From the NCBI GenBank assembly GCA_007376185.1, contig VMFS01000005.1, positions 1 to 46,617 of the forward strand: DNA of 46,617 bases, read 5' to 3'. Source of the DNA: Parcubacteria group bacterium Gr01-1014_30. GTDB taxonomy: Bacteria > Patescibacteriota > Minisyncoccia > Minisyncoccales > 2-12-FULL-40-12. The position numbers were made by a program, and so were the translations under genes. This document shows, in pieces, positions 27,723-39,372 of this stretch; positions within the stretch are counted from its first letter, which is position 1, and each line of letters begins with the position of its first letter. Below the pieces are notes generated by a model. It ran no database searches and was not told the DNA's origin. It worked only from the letters and a program-made list of their open reading frames with translations.

Positions 27723-27754
27723 ATAATAAGGCGACTAAACGCCTTATTATTTTT
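27723..27754 (+). terminator. Hairpin, possible terminator
   Basis: ataataaggcg-actaaa-cgccttattat followed by a T run. Confidence 0.45.
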
Positions 27755-27813
27755 AAGTACACACCGTCAGTTGAAAACTTAGTTGAATGGAGTTATACTG
27801 ACTGAAGAATAGT

Positions 27814-29274
27814 ATGCCAAACGGAAAAAGCAAAATCATATTGATTATTGCGCTGGTATTGTTGTTGATTTTGATTGTTAGAGGAATTGAACGCAAAAAA
27901 GAACAGCAAGATAACGGATCTGTTCCACCAACCCCACAAAATGACGGATCTGTTCTACCAACCCCACCTTCTTCAACTTCAGGCGAGTTTCCTACCCCTA
28001 CCCCTACTCCAACACCCACTCCAACTCCGACTCCAACTCCAACTCCGACTCCGACTCCGACTCCGACTACTCCTCCAGTGTCAGGCGATTTTCCCACCCA
28101 AACCCTTGATTTCTTCGACGCAACTACTGTTCATCCTAACGCCCGCGGTTTCCAGTTAAACGACTATGACCCCATAAGCAAGAAGGTTGTCTTTTATCCT
28201 TGGGGCGGCGCGAATAGCGGTCCGAGCGGAGTAATTCTTTCTTACGATACTACCAAAAACTTCTTGGATAAAGGAAGCTATGAAGCGGCTGACCTTACGC
28301 AGTTGATTGGTCCTGAAGCAGAGGGTTTCGGTGGTGGTTGTGTAGACAACAACGGCTGGTTCTACCTACCCGCTCTTAGGAAAGACGTTGGCGCTGGTAC
28401 AGTAGCTAACAGCTTAATGATCCGCTATAAAGGCACCAAGGCGGTTAATGATCGTTCTGCCTACGAGACCTTTGACGTGGCCGGGCTGGGCATACCGAGA
28501 ATCGGCTGGGCGCCATGCATATATCAGAGCGGCTACGTCTATTATAGCCCGATTCTTGAGAACGGATCTAGAGTTCCACACGGAATCTTCCTGCGATATA
28601 ACACTGCTCTGGCATTCAATAATACTTCAGCTTGGAGCTGGTATGATATTAAAACTAATGTAAGTTCCAGAGCTGCCGGCTTCCAGTCAATGGCTACTAA
28701 GTATCCTTATGTTTATCTTATCCCATTCGGTGTTGGTGAAAGTCTGATCGTAAGATACGACGTCACCAAGTCATTCAACTCTCCTTCCTCCTATCAAACC
28801 TTTGACATTGCTACTCTTAACAATAACGTCAAGGGTCCAACCGGAGGAATACTGGTTGGGAATACTCTTGTGCTTGTTCCCTGGAGAGATCTTTCAAAGC
28901 CTGGCACCAAAGCGATTATGAGTGTTGCGGCGGCATTTGACACCACGCGGTCATTATCTGATGCAGCAGCCTGGAAATTCTTTGACACTAATACCAGCGA
29001 TCCAAAGGCGGAGGGGTATCAATTTGGCTGGGCAGATAAACAGGGCTTTGTCCACTTTGTCCCTCAAATCAATAGCTCTGTGACAGTTCCACCTTTTATC
29101 GTATGGGACAGCAGCAAACCCTTTGACCAAGTCTCCTCTTGGAAAACCTACAGCAGCGCAGGCGTGACTAATTCTACCGGCGCTGCCTACGATGGAGAAA
29201 GTACTGCCTGGCTTGCTCCTTATGGTAATGGTGGAAGCAGTGGTCTCATTACGCAGGTAAAAATGAATTACTGA
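27814..29274 (+). CDS. Membrane-anchored surface protein with (PT)n stalk and about 7 internal repeats (beta-propeller-like)
   Basis: TM helix, PTPTPT tract, recurring YxP..(R)YDT...F...S(W/Y)..(F/Y)D units. Confidence 0.8.
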   Translation: MPNGKSKIILIIALVLLLILIVRGIERKKEQQDNGSVPPTPQNDGSVLPTPPSSTSGEFPTPTPTPTPTPTPTPTPTPTPTPTPTTPPVSGDFPTQTLDFFDATTVHPNARGFQLNDYDPISKKVVFYPWGGANSGPSGVILSYDTTKNFLDKGSYEAADLTQLIGPEAEGFGGGCVDNNGWFYLPALRKDVGAGTVANSLMIRYKGTKAVNDRSAYETFDVAGLGIPRIGWAPCIYQSGYVYYSPILENGSRVPHGIFLRYNTALAFNNTSAWSWYDIKTNVSSRAAGFQSMATKYPYVYLIPFGVGESLIVRYDVTKSFNSPSSYQTFDIATLNNNVKGPTGGILVGNTLVLVPWRDLSKPGTKAIMSVAAAFDTTRSLSDAAAWKFFDTNTSDPKAEGYQFGWADKQGFVHFVPQINSSVTVPPFIVWDSSKPFDQVSSWKTYSSAGVTNSTGAAYDGESTAWLAPYGNGGSSGLITQVKMNY

Positions 29275-29384
29275 ATCAGTGAAAAACCTAAAATATTGAG
29301 TTAGTTCTTTGGCAAACGCCTGGACAAAAGGAAAGCCGTTGCCAGAATAAAAACTCGCTGACTTTTAAATTTGATATTAGCAAT

Positions 29385-30083
29385 ATGAATCAAAAAGGAT
29401 TTATTAATATCATTTTATTGATTATAGTCATCGTTGTAATTGTTGGCGCTGGAGCTTATTTTGCCGCAACCTGGCAAACAATACCCGCGCCAACTCCAAT
29501 CCCGACACCAAGTCTAACTCCTTTACCGACTCCCGAGCCAACACCCACACCTGTGCCAGTTGGAAGACCTAATTCAACATCTTACAAAGAGGACGGGACT
29601 TGCCCTCTTGGGTATGTAGATTATGGCGTGCCCCTCCAGTGTGTTACACCTGAATACATGGAATATTGCAAAACTCACCCTTGTCCGATATGTCTTGCCG
29701 GCGACACACTGATTGACACGCCTTCTGGCTTGATTGCAGTAAAGGATTTACAAGTTGGCATGCCGGTTTGGACAAAAAATAAAGCCGGTGAGCGCGTTTC
29801 TGGTTTTGTAACCAAAACGTCAAAAACAGCCGTTCCGGCAACTCACCACATGGTGCATTTAATTCTTAATGACGGCCGGGATTTATTTGTTTCTTCGGGT
29901 CATCCAACCACCGATGGACGCGCCATCGGCGATCTTGTATCTGGCCAAGCGTATGATAACGCAACCATAGTAAGCGCTATACGCGTTCCTTATGGCGAGA
30001 GCGCAACATACGACTTGTTGCCGTCTGGGGACACCGGATTCTATTGGGCCAACGGCATTCTCATTGGCAGTACTCTTCATTAG
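29385..30083 (+). CDS. Pilin-like-leader membrane protein with C-terminal Hint (Hedgehog/intein) domain
   Basis: MNQKGFINIILL leader, Pro/Thr linker, Cys-rich module, CLAGDTLIDTPSG..VKDLQVG..SSGHP..YDL..YWANGILI. Confidence 0.85.
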   Translation: MNQKGFINIILLIIVIVVIVGAGAYFAATWQTIPAPTPIPTPSLTPLPTPEPTPTPVPVGRPNSTSYKEDGTCPLGYVDYGVPLQCVTPEYMEYCKTHPCPICLAGDTLIDTPSGLIAVKDLQVGMPVWTKNKAGERVSGFVTKTSKTAVPATHHMVHLILNDGRDLFVSSGHPTTDGRAIGDLVSGQAYDNATIVSAIRVPYGESATYDLLPSGDTGFYWANGILIGSTLH

Positions 30084-31324
30084 TGGGCGGGGATTGTAAT
30101 CGGGTCTGATGGGGCATGGGTCCGCTTTGCGGCGATGAGTAAGGGCAGCGCGCCCACTTGAATTGCCGCGCTTATCACGAATGAAGCGGGGTAGCCGAAT
30201 ACATCAGCAGAGCGGCCCAGAAAGGGTTGGGTTACGGCGCCTCCCGCGCTGTCTAAGAGCGCGTCAAACGAAAGCACCGTGGCTCTATGATGAGACGCAA
30301 TGAGCCCGTTTAAGTATGCGTGCCGCACCGGCATAGCAACGGCAAAAATAAGCCCCCAGAGTATGAGCAGTAAAACCACCGCCCAAAAGTTCGCGACGAA
30401 TCCCATAAGCGCTATAACCGCTACTCCTATAGCCTCTGTCGTAATAAGCAGGCCTGTGCGGGTACGAAAAAGACGCCGCACGTAATCAACCGAGAGTCCG
30501 CCGACAATTTGGGCTGCCGCCACTATGGCGGCAGCAAGCCCTGCGACGCTGTACGCTTGCGGGTTGCCGTAGAGCTCCAGCAAATAGGGCTGCATGGCGT
30601 AGAACACGTAAATTCCAATGCCCGCAAAGGGGGCAGACAGCATCAAGAATTTTACCGAGCGGTTTCGCCAGCCGTTTTCCATGGCGGCAGTGAGCACGGA
30701 TTTTATGTGCTTTGCAAGCCCAAGGCCTTTCTGCGGCGTGAATCCAAGATCGCGCATCATGAATATGCTTATTAAGAGCGTTACGCCAAGAAAGCCCACG
30801 CGGAAAAGATACGGAGCGCCTAAATTGATAAGTTGCGCTATATATCCTCCTGCGACAGATCCCAAAAGCATAGCCGTTCCGCCGAGCGCCTGCCCGCGCG
30901 CGAGCACGGATTCCAGCTGGCCTTTGTAGTTTGTGGCGTTTAGGGCATCCACGAGCCACGCTTCCATTGCTCCAGAGAGAAACGTAAATCCAAGCCCCAA
31001 AATTACAGAAACAATGGCCCATGCCCACAGCGGCCCGTGGATCTGCCAGAGCCACCAGTATATGAGTGTTCCGATTAAAAGCGTGGCAGAGCCGAGCTCG
31101 TACGACTTGCCGCGCCCTTTTGTGTCCGCCACCAATCCTGTGGGTATTTCAAAAAGCACCATGCCTGCGGTAAAAAAAGCGTTAGCGGCAAACGCCGAGG
31201 TATTTGAAAGCCCCGCGTCTAAAAGAAAAAGCGTATTAATGCCCCAGATGAATGAAGCGGCAAGGGTGGAAAAAAGCGTTAAGAGATAGTAGGTAAGCTT
31301 AACTTTCTTTGGCGTAGACGCCAT
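30080..31324 (-). CDS. MFS transporter
   Basis: LFEIPTGLVADTKGR, FLSGAMEAWLVD, multiple TM helices; ATG 31324 preferred. Confidence 0.9.
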   Translation of the reverse strand: MASTPKKVKLTYYLLTLFSTLAASFIWGINTLFLLDAGLSNTSAFAANAFFTAGMVLFEIPTGLVADTKGRGKSYELGSATLLIGTLIYWWLWQIHGPLWAWAIVSVILGLGFTFLSGAMEAWLVDALNATNYKGQLESVLARGQALGGTAMLLGSVAGGYIAQLINLGAPYLFRVGFLGVTLLISIFMMRDLGFTPQKGLGLAKHIKSVLTAAMENGWRNRSVKFLMLSAPFAGIGIYVFYAMQPYLLELYGNPQAYSVAGLAAAIVAAAQIVGGLSVDYVRRLFRTRTGLLITTEAIGVAVIALMGFVANFWAVVLLLILWGLIFAVAMPVRHAYLNGLIASHHRATVLSFDALLDSAGGAVTQPFLGRSADVFGYPASFVISAAIQVGALPLLIAAKRTHAPSDPITIPAH

Positions 31325-31397
31325 GAGTTGATGATATAAGAAAAAGGGAAATGCCGCAATGAAATTCGCGATAGCGCCGGACTTATCCATTATTGAT

Positions 31398-31426
31398 TTG
31401 CAAGAAAAAAGCGGAATTTGTATAAT
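31398..31426 (+). promoter_or_regulatory. Sigma70-like promoter giving a ~130-nt leader
   Basis: TTGCAA-17-TATAAT. Confidence 0.65.
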
Positions 31427-31562
31427 AAATTATAAAGACTATCAAAGCAACTTTTCCAGAGCGCGGCAGCTTCTTAAGAGTTGCCAGTTAGGAGATGCCG
31501 CCAAAGGACATGAATTTCTTTAATAATAAAGGTCGAAGTTGTATTAAAGTAATATAAGAAAA

Positions 31563-31961
31563 ATGAATTATTTGGCAATTCTTATTGCGGCGGTTGCGGA
31601 TATGGCGGTTGGGTATTTGTGGTACGGACCGCTTTTTGGCAAAACTTGGACGGGAATGATGGGGTTTACGCCAGAGAGCGTTAAAGCCATGAAGATGACT
31701 CCCAAGCAGGCAATGGCAGGAGGTTTTATTACTGCGTTAATTTTCGCCTACGCACTTGCGATGTTCGCTAACCTCATTGAGGTTTCAGGTTTAACAGGAG
31801 CTTTTACACTTGGCTTTTGGATTTGGTTCGGATTTGTGGCGACAATTCAGGCCGGTTCTTTTCTCTGGGAAGGAAGGCCCTTTAAGTTATTCGCGTTTAA
31901 CGCCGTTGAATCTTTGATCGCTACTTTAGCGATGGCGCTTGTGGTGGTACTTTGGCAGTAG
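31563..31961 (+). CDS. DUF1761 family membrane protein
   Basis: MNYLAILIAAVA..G.LWYGPLFGKTW, four TM helices. Confidence 0.85.
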   Translation: MNYLAILIAAVADMAVGYLWYGPLFGKTWTGMMGFTPESVKAMKMTPKQAMAGGFITALIFAYALAMFANLIEVSGLTGAFTLGFWIWFGFVATIQAGSFLWEGRPFKLFAFNAVESLIATLAMALVVVLWQ

Positions 31962-32014
31962 AGCCAAAGCGCGGCGGATCAAGACTATCTGGAAAATAAG
32001 AGAACTTTCATTTA

Positions 32015-32632
32015 ATGAGCGAAAAGCGGAGTTTGGTCCTTAGACATTTTAGAAAAGTTGACAGCGTCATTTACGAAGCGTTAAAGGGTATAAATTTCAA
32101 GGAGCGCTCCTTGCTGAAAAAACGCGCAAGTTCTGATTACCTCGCGGCTTTATGCCGCGAGGTAATCAACCAGCAGCTTTCAGACAAAGTTGCTCGTGTG
32201 ATTGTTGCAAGATTTGATAAAACTTTTGGCCTAAAAGTTAAGCCGAGAGGGCTGCTTGGGACAAGCGACAAAAAGTTAAGGGCTTTGGGCATATCCAATG
32301 CCAAAGTGAGCTATATTAAAAACATAGGCCGCGCTTTTTTGCAAAAGCCTAAACATTTCAGCCGTTTGCACAAACTGCCAGATGAAGAAGTTGTCACTAA
32401 ACTGACGAGCATTAAAGGGGTGGGCCCGTGGACAGCCGAAATGTTTTTAATATTTACTTTGGGCAGAGAAGACGTTTTCTCTTACGGGGACTTGGGTTTG
32501 AGGAAAGCGTTCGCCAACTTGTACGGAGTAAAAAATCCCAAGGAGCGCGATCTTGAAAAAGTGGTTTCACGTTGGAGCCCCTTCAAGTCCTACGGCGCAA
32601 TGGCGCTTTGGAGAAGCGTTGATAACGCTTAG
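32015..32632 (+). CDS. DNA-3-methyladenine glycosylase II (AlkA/HhH-GPD family)
   Basis: INQQLS, LTSIKGVGPWTAEMFLIFTLGREDVFSYGDLGLR, WSPFKSY. Confidence 0.92.
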   Translation: MSEKRSLVLRHFRKVDSVIYEALKGINFKERSLLKKRASSDYLAALCREVINQQLSDKVARVIVARFDKTFGLKVKPRGLLGTSDKKLRALGISNAKVSYIKNIGRAFLQKPKHFSRLHKLPDEEVVTKLTSIKGVGPWTAEMFLIFTLGREDVFSYGDLGLRKAFANLYGVKNPKERDLEKVVSRWSPFKSYGAMALWRSVDNA

Positions 32633-32661
32633 TACCTGAAGTTGTGGTATAATATAAATGT

Positions 32662-33132
32662 ATGATGGAGGATCTGCCGCGCACAGCTCCGCGGTGGGAT
32701 AAATACCGTTTGAGAAGACTGAGAAAATCAATAATTAATCCGCACTACTACGGCGACATTGTCAGACGTCTTTTCTTGACCGCGGGAATTGTTATCGCTT
32801 TTTCTACTCCTCTTTTTTTCCATTTAGCGCCCAAACTGTCAATCCCTGTTTTTTCATTAATCGTTGTCGTGACTTTGGTGTTTCTCGCGGGTTATACCAG
32901 CCCCGCCAAAAAACGCGTCGTTGAACTTGACATAATCTCCTCGGCGTTGGCCATAGTTCTGTTTGGCATAAGCGCTTTTCTGGCTTGGAGGTCTGATCAT
33001 CCCGACTGGCACAGGGTTTTCTTTTTCTTTTTGCTGTCAGGTCTTGGGTTGATATTCATATTCGCTCTTTACTACAGCGTAAAGTCCCTGCGCGGCATTA
33101 GTTCTTCAAAGGAATCCTACCCGGAAATTTAA
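32662..33132 (+). CDS. Hypothetical membrane protein
   Basis: Four TM helices, HYYGDIVRRLF and ALYYSVKSLRG motifs; extended -10 8 nt upstream. Confidence 0.75.
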   Translation: MMEDLPRTAPRWDKYRLRRLRKSIINPHYYGDIVRRLFLTAGIVIAFSTPLFFHLAPKLSIPVFSLIVVVTLVFLAGYTSPAKKRVVELDIISSALAIVLFGISAFLAWRSDHPDWHRVFFFFLLSGLGLIFIFALYYSVKSLRGISSSKESYPEI

Positions 33133-33144
33133 AGATTGCGTTCA

Positions 33145-33174
33145 TTGACTTAAATTATTTCTCCGTGGTATCAT
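33145..33174 (+). promoter_or_regulatory. atp operon promoter
   Basis: TTGACT-18-TATCAT with TGn extension. Confidence 0.55.
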
Positions 33175-33187
33175 AAGCACTTGATAT

Positions 33188-33922
33188 ATGCCTGAAATTC
33201 ACATACGCGCTGAAGAAATTTTAACCATAGGGCCGTTTCCGGTTACCAATTCTCTTTTGGCATCTTTTTTGATTTCAGGTTTAATGGTGGCCGCCACTTT
33301 TTTTATGCGGAAAAAAATGGCTTTTATTCCCGGCAAAATTCAGAATTTTTTTGAAATGATAGTTGAAGACATATTAAAACTGATGGACTCCGTTTTGACC
33401 GACAGAAAGCTTTCGGAGAAGTATTTGCCGCTCGTGGCCACGATTTTTCTTTTTGTTTTGGCTTCAAACTGGCTGGGTTTAATTCCGGGAGTGGGCGCTG
33501 TAGGGTTTAAAGAGAACGGGGTTTTGAAGGCCTTTTTGCGGCCGCCTTCAAGCGACCTAAATTTTACCATAGCTTTGGCCGCTATAGCCGTTTTCGGCGT
33601 TAATTTTTTTGCGGTTTTGGCGTTGGGTTTTAAGAAGCACTTTTCCAAATTTTTCACTCTTCGCAATCCGATTTTTTCTTTTGTGGGGTTGATTGAATTT
33701 GCCTCAGAATTCATTAAAATCATTTCTTTTTCCTTCAGATTGTTCGGAAACATATTCGCTGGTAAGGTTTTGCTCTTAATAGTCGGTTTTCTGGTGCCTT
33801 ACTTTATACCTTTGCCTTTTCTGTTTCTTGAAATTTTTATAGGGTTTATACAGGCCTTTATTTTTGCTATACTTACGCTGGTATTCATCGCCATGGCCGT
33901 GCAGCCAGAATCGGCCCACTAA
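33188..33922 (+). CDS. atpB: ATP synthase F0 subunit a
   Basis: NWLGLIPG, PSSDLN, SFSFRLFGNIFAG, IQAFIFAIL. Confidence 0.97.
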   Translation: MPEIHIRAEEILTIGPFPVTNSLLASFLISGLMVAATFFMRKKMAFIPGKIQNFFEMIVEDILKLMDSVLTDRKLSEKYLPLVATIFLFVLASNWLGLIPGVGAVGFKENGVLKAFLRPPSSDLNFTIALAAIAVFGVNFFAVLALGFKKHFSKFFTLRNPIFSFVGLIEFASEFIKIISFSFRLFGNIFAGKVLLLIVGFLVPYFIPLPFLFLEIFIGFIQAFIFAILTLVFIAMAVQPESAH

Positions 33923-33963
33923 AAGGTCGTTTTAAAACATTAATACTATTACCAATTAAGTCG

Positions 33964-34064
33964 CCAGCTCGGAGAGGGGTCGGGAGAACTCGACCAGTTC
34001 TCCCGTGTAGGAAAACAGCGAGGCCGAAGGCCAAGCGTTAGAAACCGCGGGTTTCTAAAGAGCG
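33964..34064 (+). repeat. Three-hairpin intergenic element, copy 2
   Basis: Homologous to 22045-22140; additionally closed by ccaattaagtcgc/gcgactgattgg (33952-34093). Confidence 0.9.
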
Positions 34065-34089
34065 GCGTAGTGCAACGAGCCGCGACTGA

Positions 34090-34332
<243 letters not shown>

Positions 34333-34335
34333 CAA

Positions 34336-34866
34336 ATGTCAGAGCTTTTACATCAACTTGGCATTGATTGGAAACTGCTTTTGAGCCAAGCGGTTAACTT
34401 TTTGGTTCTTTTGGCCGTCCTAACGTTTTTTCTTTACCGGCCTCTCTTGAGGATAATGCGCGAGAGAAGGCAAAAGATAGAACTAGGCATGCGAGGGGCC
34501 GAGGAGGCAGAGCATATAATAGCCCAAGCGGAAGATACAAAGAAACAAAAGATAGCGGCGGCCGAAGGTCAAGCCTTATCCATAATTTCAAGCGCAGAAA
34601 AAGAGGCGTTAAAGCAGAAAGAGCAGTTGATTTTGGAAGCTCGCTCAAAATCGGACGCCTTGCTTGAAGAGGCCGCAGACGTTGCCGAGCGCCGCCTTAT
34701 AGAACAGCTTTCAAGTTTGCTGGCAGACGCGAAGCAGCTTATAAAAGACGCGATAGTGAAGACCGTGTCGCTAAGGCCGGACCAAGTTGACGAAAAACTA
34801 ATAGACCAAGCTGTACATCAGATTAAATCCCAAATCCCAAATTCTAAACACCTTTTTGACGTATGA
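34336..34866 (+). CDS. atpF: ATP synthase F0 subunit b
   Basis: LGIDWKLLLSQAVNFLVL..LYRPL..ERRQKI, operon position. Confidence 0.95.
   Translation: MSELLHQLGIDWKLLLSQAVNFLVLLAVLTFFLYRPLLRIMRERRQKIELGMRGAEEAEHIIAQAEDTKKQKIAAAEGQALSIISSAEKEALKQKEQLILEARSKSDALLEEAADVAERRLIEQLSSLLADAKQLIKDAIVKTVSLRPDQVDEKLIDQAVHQIKSQIPNSKHLFDV
34825..34849 (+). repeat. AAATCCC heptamer tract in-frame at the atpF 3' end (KSQIPNSK)
   Basis: aaatccc-aaatccc-aaattct-aaac. Confidence 0.65.
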
Positions 34867-35240
34867 AGTATTCACCGGAGTTATACGCCAGAGCGTTTAT
34901 GGAAACGGTGGCTCAGGCCTCCCAAGTAAAACAAAAAGCTCTGCTTTCGCGTTTTCTTGAAATCATCGTAAAAAACGGCGACTACCTAGGGATTAAAAAG
35001 ATACTTAGCAAGATTGAAGAAGCGGTCGTCAGGGAAAAGGGCGGGAGAATGATTACTTTGGAGTTTGCGAGAGAGGTTGAAAAAGAGCTGGCGGAGCGTC
35101 TGAAAAGCAGTTTTAGCGATAATGACCATATTTTAACGTTGCTCAATCCGGAGCTGGTTGCGGGCGTAAGGGTGTTGGTTGACGGGGAGTCGGAACTTGA
35201 TATGTCTCTGCAGAGAAAACTTAAAAAACTTTTTACATAA
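34863..35240 (+). CDS. atpH: ATP synthase delta subunit (short form)
   Basis: YARAF, NPELVAGVRV..LDMSLQRKL, operon position. Confidence 0.88.
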   Translation: MKYSPELYARAFMETVAQASQVKQKALLSRFLEIIVKNGDYLGIKKILSKIEEAVVREKGGRMITLEFAREVEKELAERLKSSFSDNDHILTLLNPELVAGVRVLVDGESELDMSLQRKLKKLFT

Positions 35241-35252
35241 TGTTACGCTTCA

Positions 35253-36782
35253 GTGTCATACGATATTCTTGAAAAACTTAAGAAGGAAATTGAAGGATTC
35301 AAAGAAAAGCCCGAATTTGCAAAAGTAGGCGTAGTCGTGGAAGCCGGCGACGGCATAGCCAAAATCTCGGGGCTGTCGGGAGCTTTGAGCCAGGAACTCT
35401 TGATCGTCCAAACAAAAGATTCTGAGGTGCCAGCTTTAGCTTTTAACTTGGAAGAAACACTTGTGGGCGCCGTGGTTTTAGGCCAAGCTCACTCCTGTCA
35501 AGTCGGCGACAGAGTTCACAAAACAGGAAAAGTTCTTTCAATAAAGGTGGGTCAAGAACTCATAGGCAGGGTCTTGAGTCCTGTTGGGGAGGCGCTGGAC
35601 GGAAAGGGCGTTTTGTTCAAAAAACCACAAGAGGCCGCTGATTATTTTTTGGAGAGACAGGCTCCTTCGGTTATTGACCGCGAGTCGGTAAATACGCCGC
35701 TTCACACCGGAGTCAAAGCCATTGACTCAATGATTCCCATAGGCAGGGGACAGAGAGAGTTGATAATCGGGGATCGCCAGACCGGTAAAACCGCCTTGGC
35801 GCTTGACGCCATTTTGAACCAGAAGCAGGACCGGGGTAGGCCACAGGTTATTTGCGTTTATGTGGCCATCGGGCAGAAAAACTCAAAAGTCGCGAAAATA
35901 ATAAAAAAACTGCAAGAAGCCGGAGCCATTGATTACACAATTGTGGTTTCTGCTCCCGCTTCCTCGCCCGTCGCTCTTCAGTATTTGGCTCCATATGCTG
36001 GCTGCGCCATCGGCGAGTACTTTATGGACAAGGGCAGGGATGCTTTGGTTATTTACGACGACCTTTCAAAGCATGCCGACGCATATAGACAGCTCTCGCT
36101 TTTGTTACGTAGGCCGCCAGGTAGGGAAGCGTATCCAGGCGACATTTTTTATCTGCACGCGCGACTTTTGGAAAGAGCGACCAAGCTCAATCCCGAAAAG
36201 GGCGGCGGGTCCTTGACCGCCTTGCCCATAATAGAAACAAAACTCGGAGACGTTTCAGCTTACATTCCTACGAACGTCATTTCAATAACCGACGGACAAA
36301 TCTATCTTGAATCTGGTCTTTTTTATCAGGGGATTCGGCCTGCCTTGAACGTCGGGCTTTCCGTGTCTAGAATAGGGTCCTCGGCCCAGACCAAAGCTAT
36401 GAAAAAAGTGGCGGGGCGTTTACGCTTAGAGCTTGCTCAGTTCAGAGAGCTTCAGGCCTTCGTGCAGTTTTCGTCGGACCTTGACGAAAACACAAGAAAA
36501 CAGATAAGCCGGGGCCGGCTGCTGACAGAGGTTTTGAAGCAAGCCGATTCTTCGCCTTTGCCCTTTGAGTGCCAAGTTGTTTTGCTTTTCGCCGCCTTGC
36601 AGGGATTTGCTGACGACGTGTCTCTTGAAAGAGTAGGGGTCTTTGAAGAGCGTTTTGAAGAGTATCTGGAAAAACTTCACCTAGAAGACATTTTGAAACC
36701 GATTCAGGAGACGGGCAATCTGGACGAAAAGACCGAAAGCGCATTAAAAAAAGCTCTAACCAATTTTAAGAACACTTTTTAG
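35253..36782 (+). CDS. atpA: ATP synthase alpha subunit
   Basis: [41 protein letters not shown]. Confidence 0.99.
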   Translation: MSYDILEKLKKEIEGFKEKPEFAKVGVVVEAGDGIAKISGLSGALSQELLIVQTKDSEVPALAFNLEETLVGAVVLGQAHSCQVGDRVHKTGKVLSIKVGQELIGRVLSPVGEALDGKGVLFKKPQEAADYFLERQAPSVIDRESVNTPLHTGVKAIDSMIPIGRGQRELIIGDRQTGKTALALDAILNQKQDRGRPQVICVYVAIGQKNSKVAKIIKKLQEAGAIDYTIVVSAPASSPVALQYLAPYAGCAIGEYFMDKGRDALVIYDDLSKHADAYRQLSLLLRRPPGREAYPGDIFYLHARLLERATKLNPEKGGGSLTALPIIETKLGDVSAYIPTNVISITDGQIYLESGLFYQGIRPALNVGLSVSRIGSSAQTKAMKKVAGRLRLELAQFRELQAFVQFSSDLDENTRKQISRGRLLTEVLKQADSSPLPFECQVVLLFAALQGFADDVSLERVGVFEERFEEYLEKLHLEDILKPIQETGNLDEKTESALKKALTNFKNTF

Positions 36783-36785
36783 AAC

Positions 36786-37678
36786 ATGGAGTCCTTGCAA
36801 AACATAAAATCGCGCCTTCGCGCAGTTCGCAACATCGGGCAGATTACCAAGGCAATGGAAGTTGTGGCCGCTACTAAAATGAGGAAAAGTCAGGAAATAG
36901 CTCTCAGGACTCGCCCTTATGCTTTCAAAGCGCTTGAACTTTTGAGCAAACTTAGCCGCTTCTCACCTCTGGAAACGGCTTTGACCAAAAAGCGGCAGGT
37001 TAAGACAACTTTACTCGTTGTCATTGCTTCTGACCGCGGTTTGGCTGGCGCTTTCAACACTCAAGTATTTCGATCAGCTGAAAAGCTATTCAAAGCCGAC
37101 AGTGTTTACGCGGCCGTGGGAAAGAAAGCAGGAAAGTTTATTTTGAAAAAAGGTTTATCTTTGGTTTCCGGTTTTCAGGGTTTTGGCGATTTTGTGAGAT
37201 TTGAAGACATAAAGCCCTTGGCCGACTTTGTCATAGACGGGTTTAAATCGGCCAGGTGGGACCGTGTAGTTACCGTGTCAATGCATTTTCGCACGGCTTT
37301 AAAACAAGAGATGGTAAACCAGCAGGTTCTTCCAGTTGACTTTGAAAAAATTGAGGAGACCGTAAAGGCAATAGTCCCGGAACACGGTAAGTACGCAGAA
37401 TCTCTACCAACTACCAACTACAAACTACAAACTGCAGGCATTGACTACCTGTTTGAGCCTTCTGCCAAAGAAACGCTTGAAATGCTCATACCTCATTTGG
37501 TTAAAATGCAGATTTATCATTTGGTGCTGGAGGCAAATGCGTCTGAACATTCCGCAAGAAGAGTGGCTATGAAGCAGGCCTCTGACAACTCAGACGAGCT
37601 TTTTTCCGCTTTTACCCTTCAGTACAACAAAGCTAGGCAGGAAGCAATCACCAAAGAAACGATTGAAATAACGTCAAC

Positions 37679-37691
<13 letters not shown>
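36786..37691 (+). CDS. atpG: ATP synthase gamma subunit (C-terminus altered by insertion)
   Basis: QITKAMEVVAA, SDRGLAGAFN, ASEHSARRVAM, YNKARQEAIT. Confidence 0.98.
37404..37431 (+). repeat. CTAC(C/A)AA heptamer x4 in-frame in atpG (LPTTNYKLQT)
   Basis: ctaccaa ctaccaa ctacaaa ctacaaa. Confidence 0.85.

Positions 37692-39368
<1,677 letters not shown>

Positions 39369-39372
<4 letters not shown>

Noticed and set aside
29691-30080. A true protein-splicing intein
   Set aside because: No terminal His-Asn, essentially no C-extein and no homing endonuclease; treated as a cleavage-only Hint domain.
31454-31500. SAM-I riboswitch (ccagag..ggcagc..tgcc..agatg resemblance)
   Set aside because: The P2 kink-turn/pseudoknot and P4 elements are missing, and the downstream gene is not related to sulfur metabolism.
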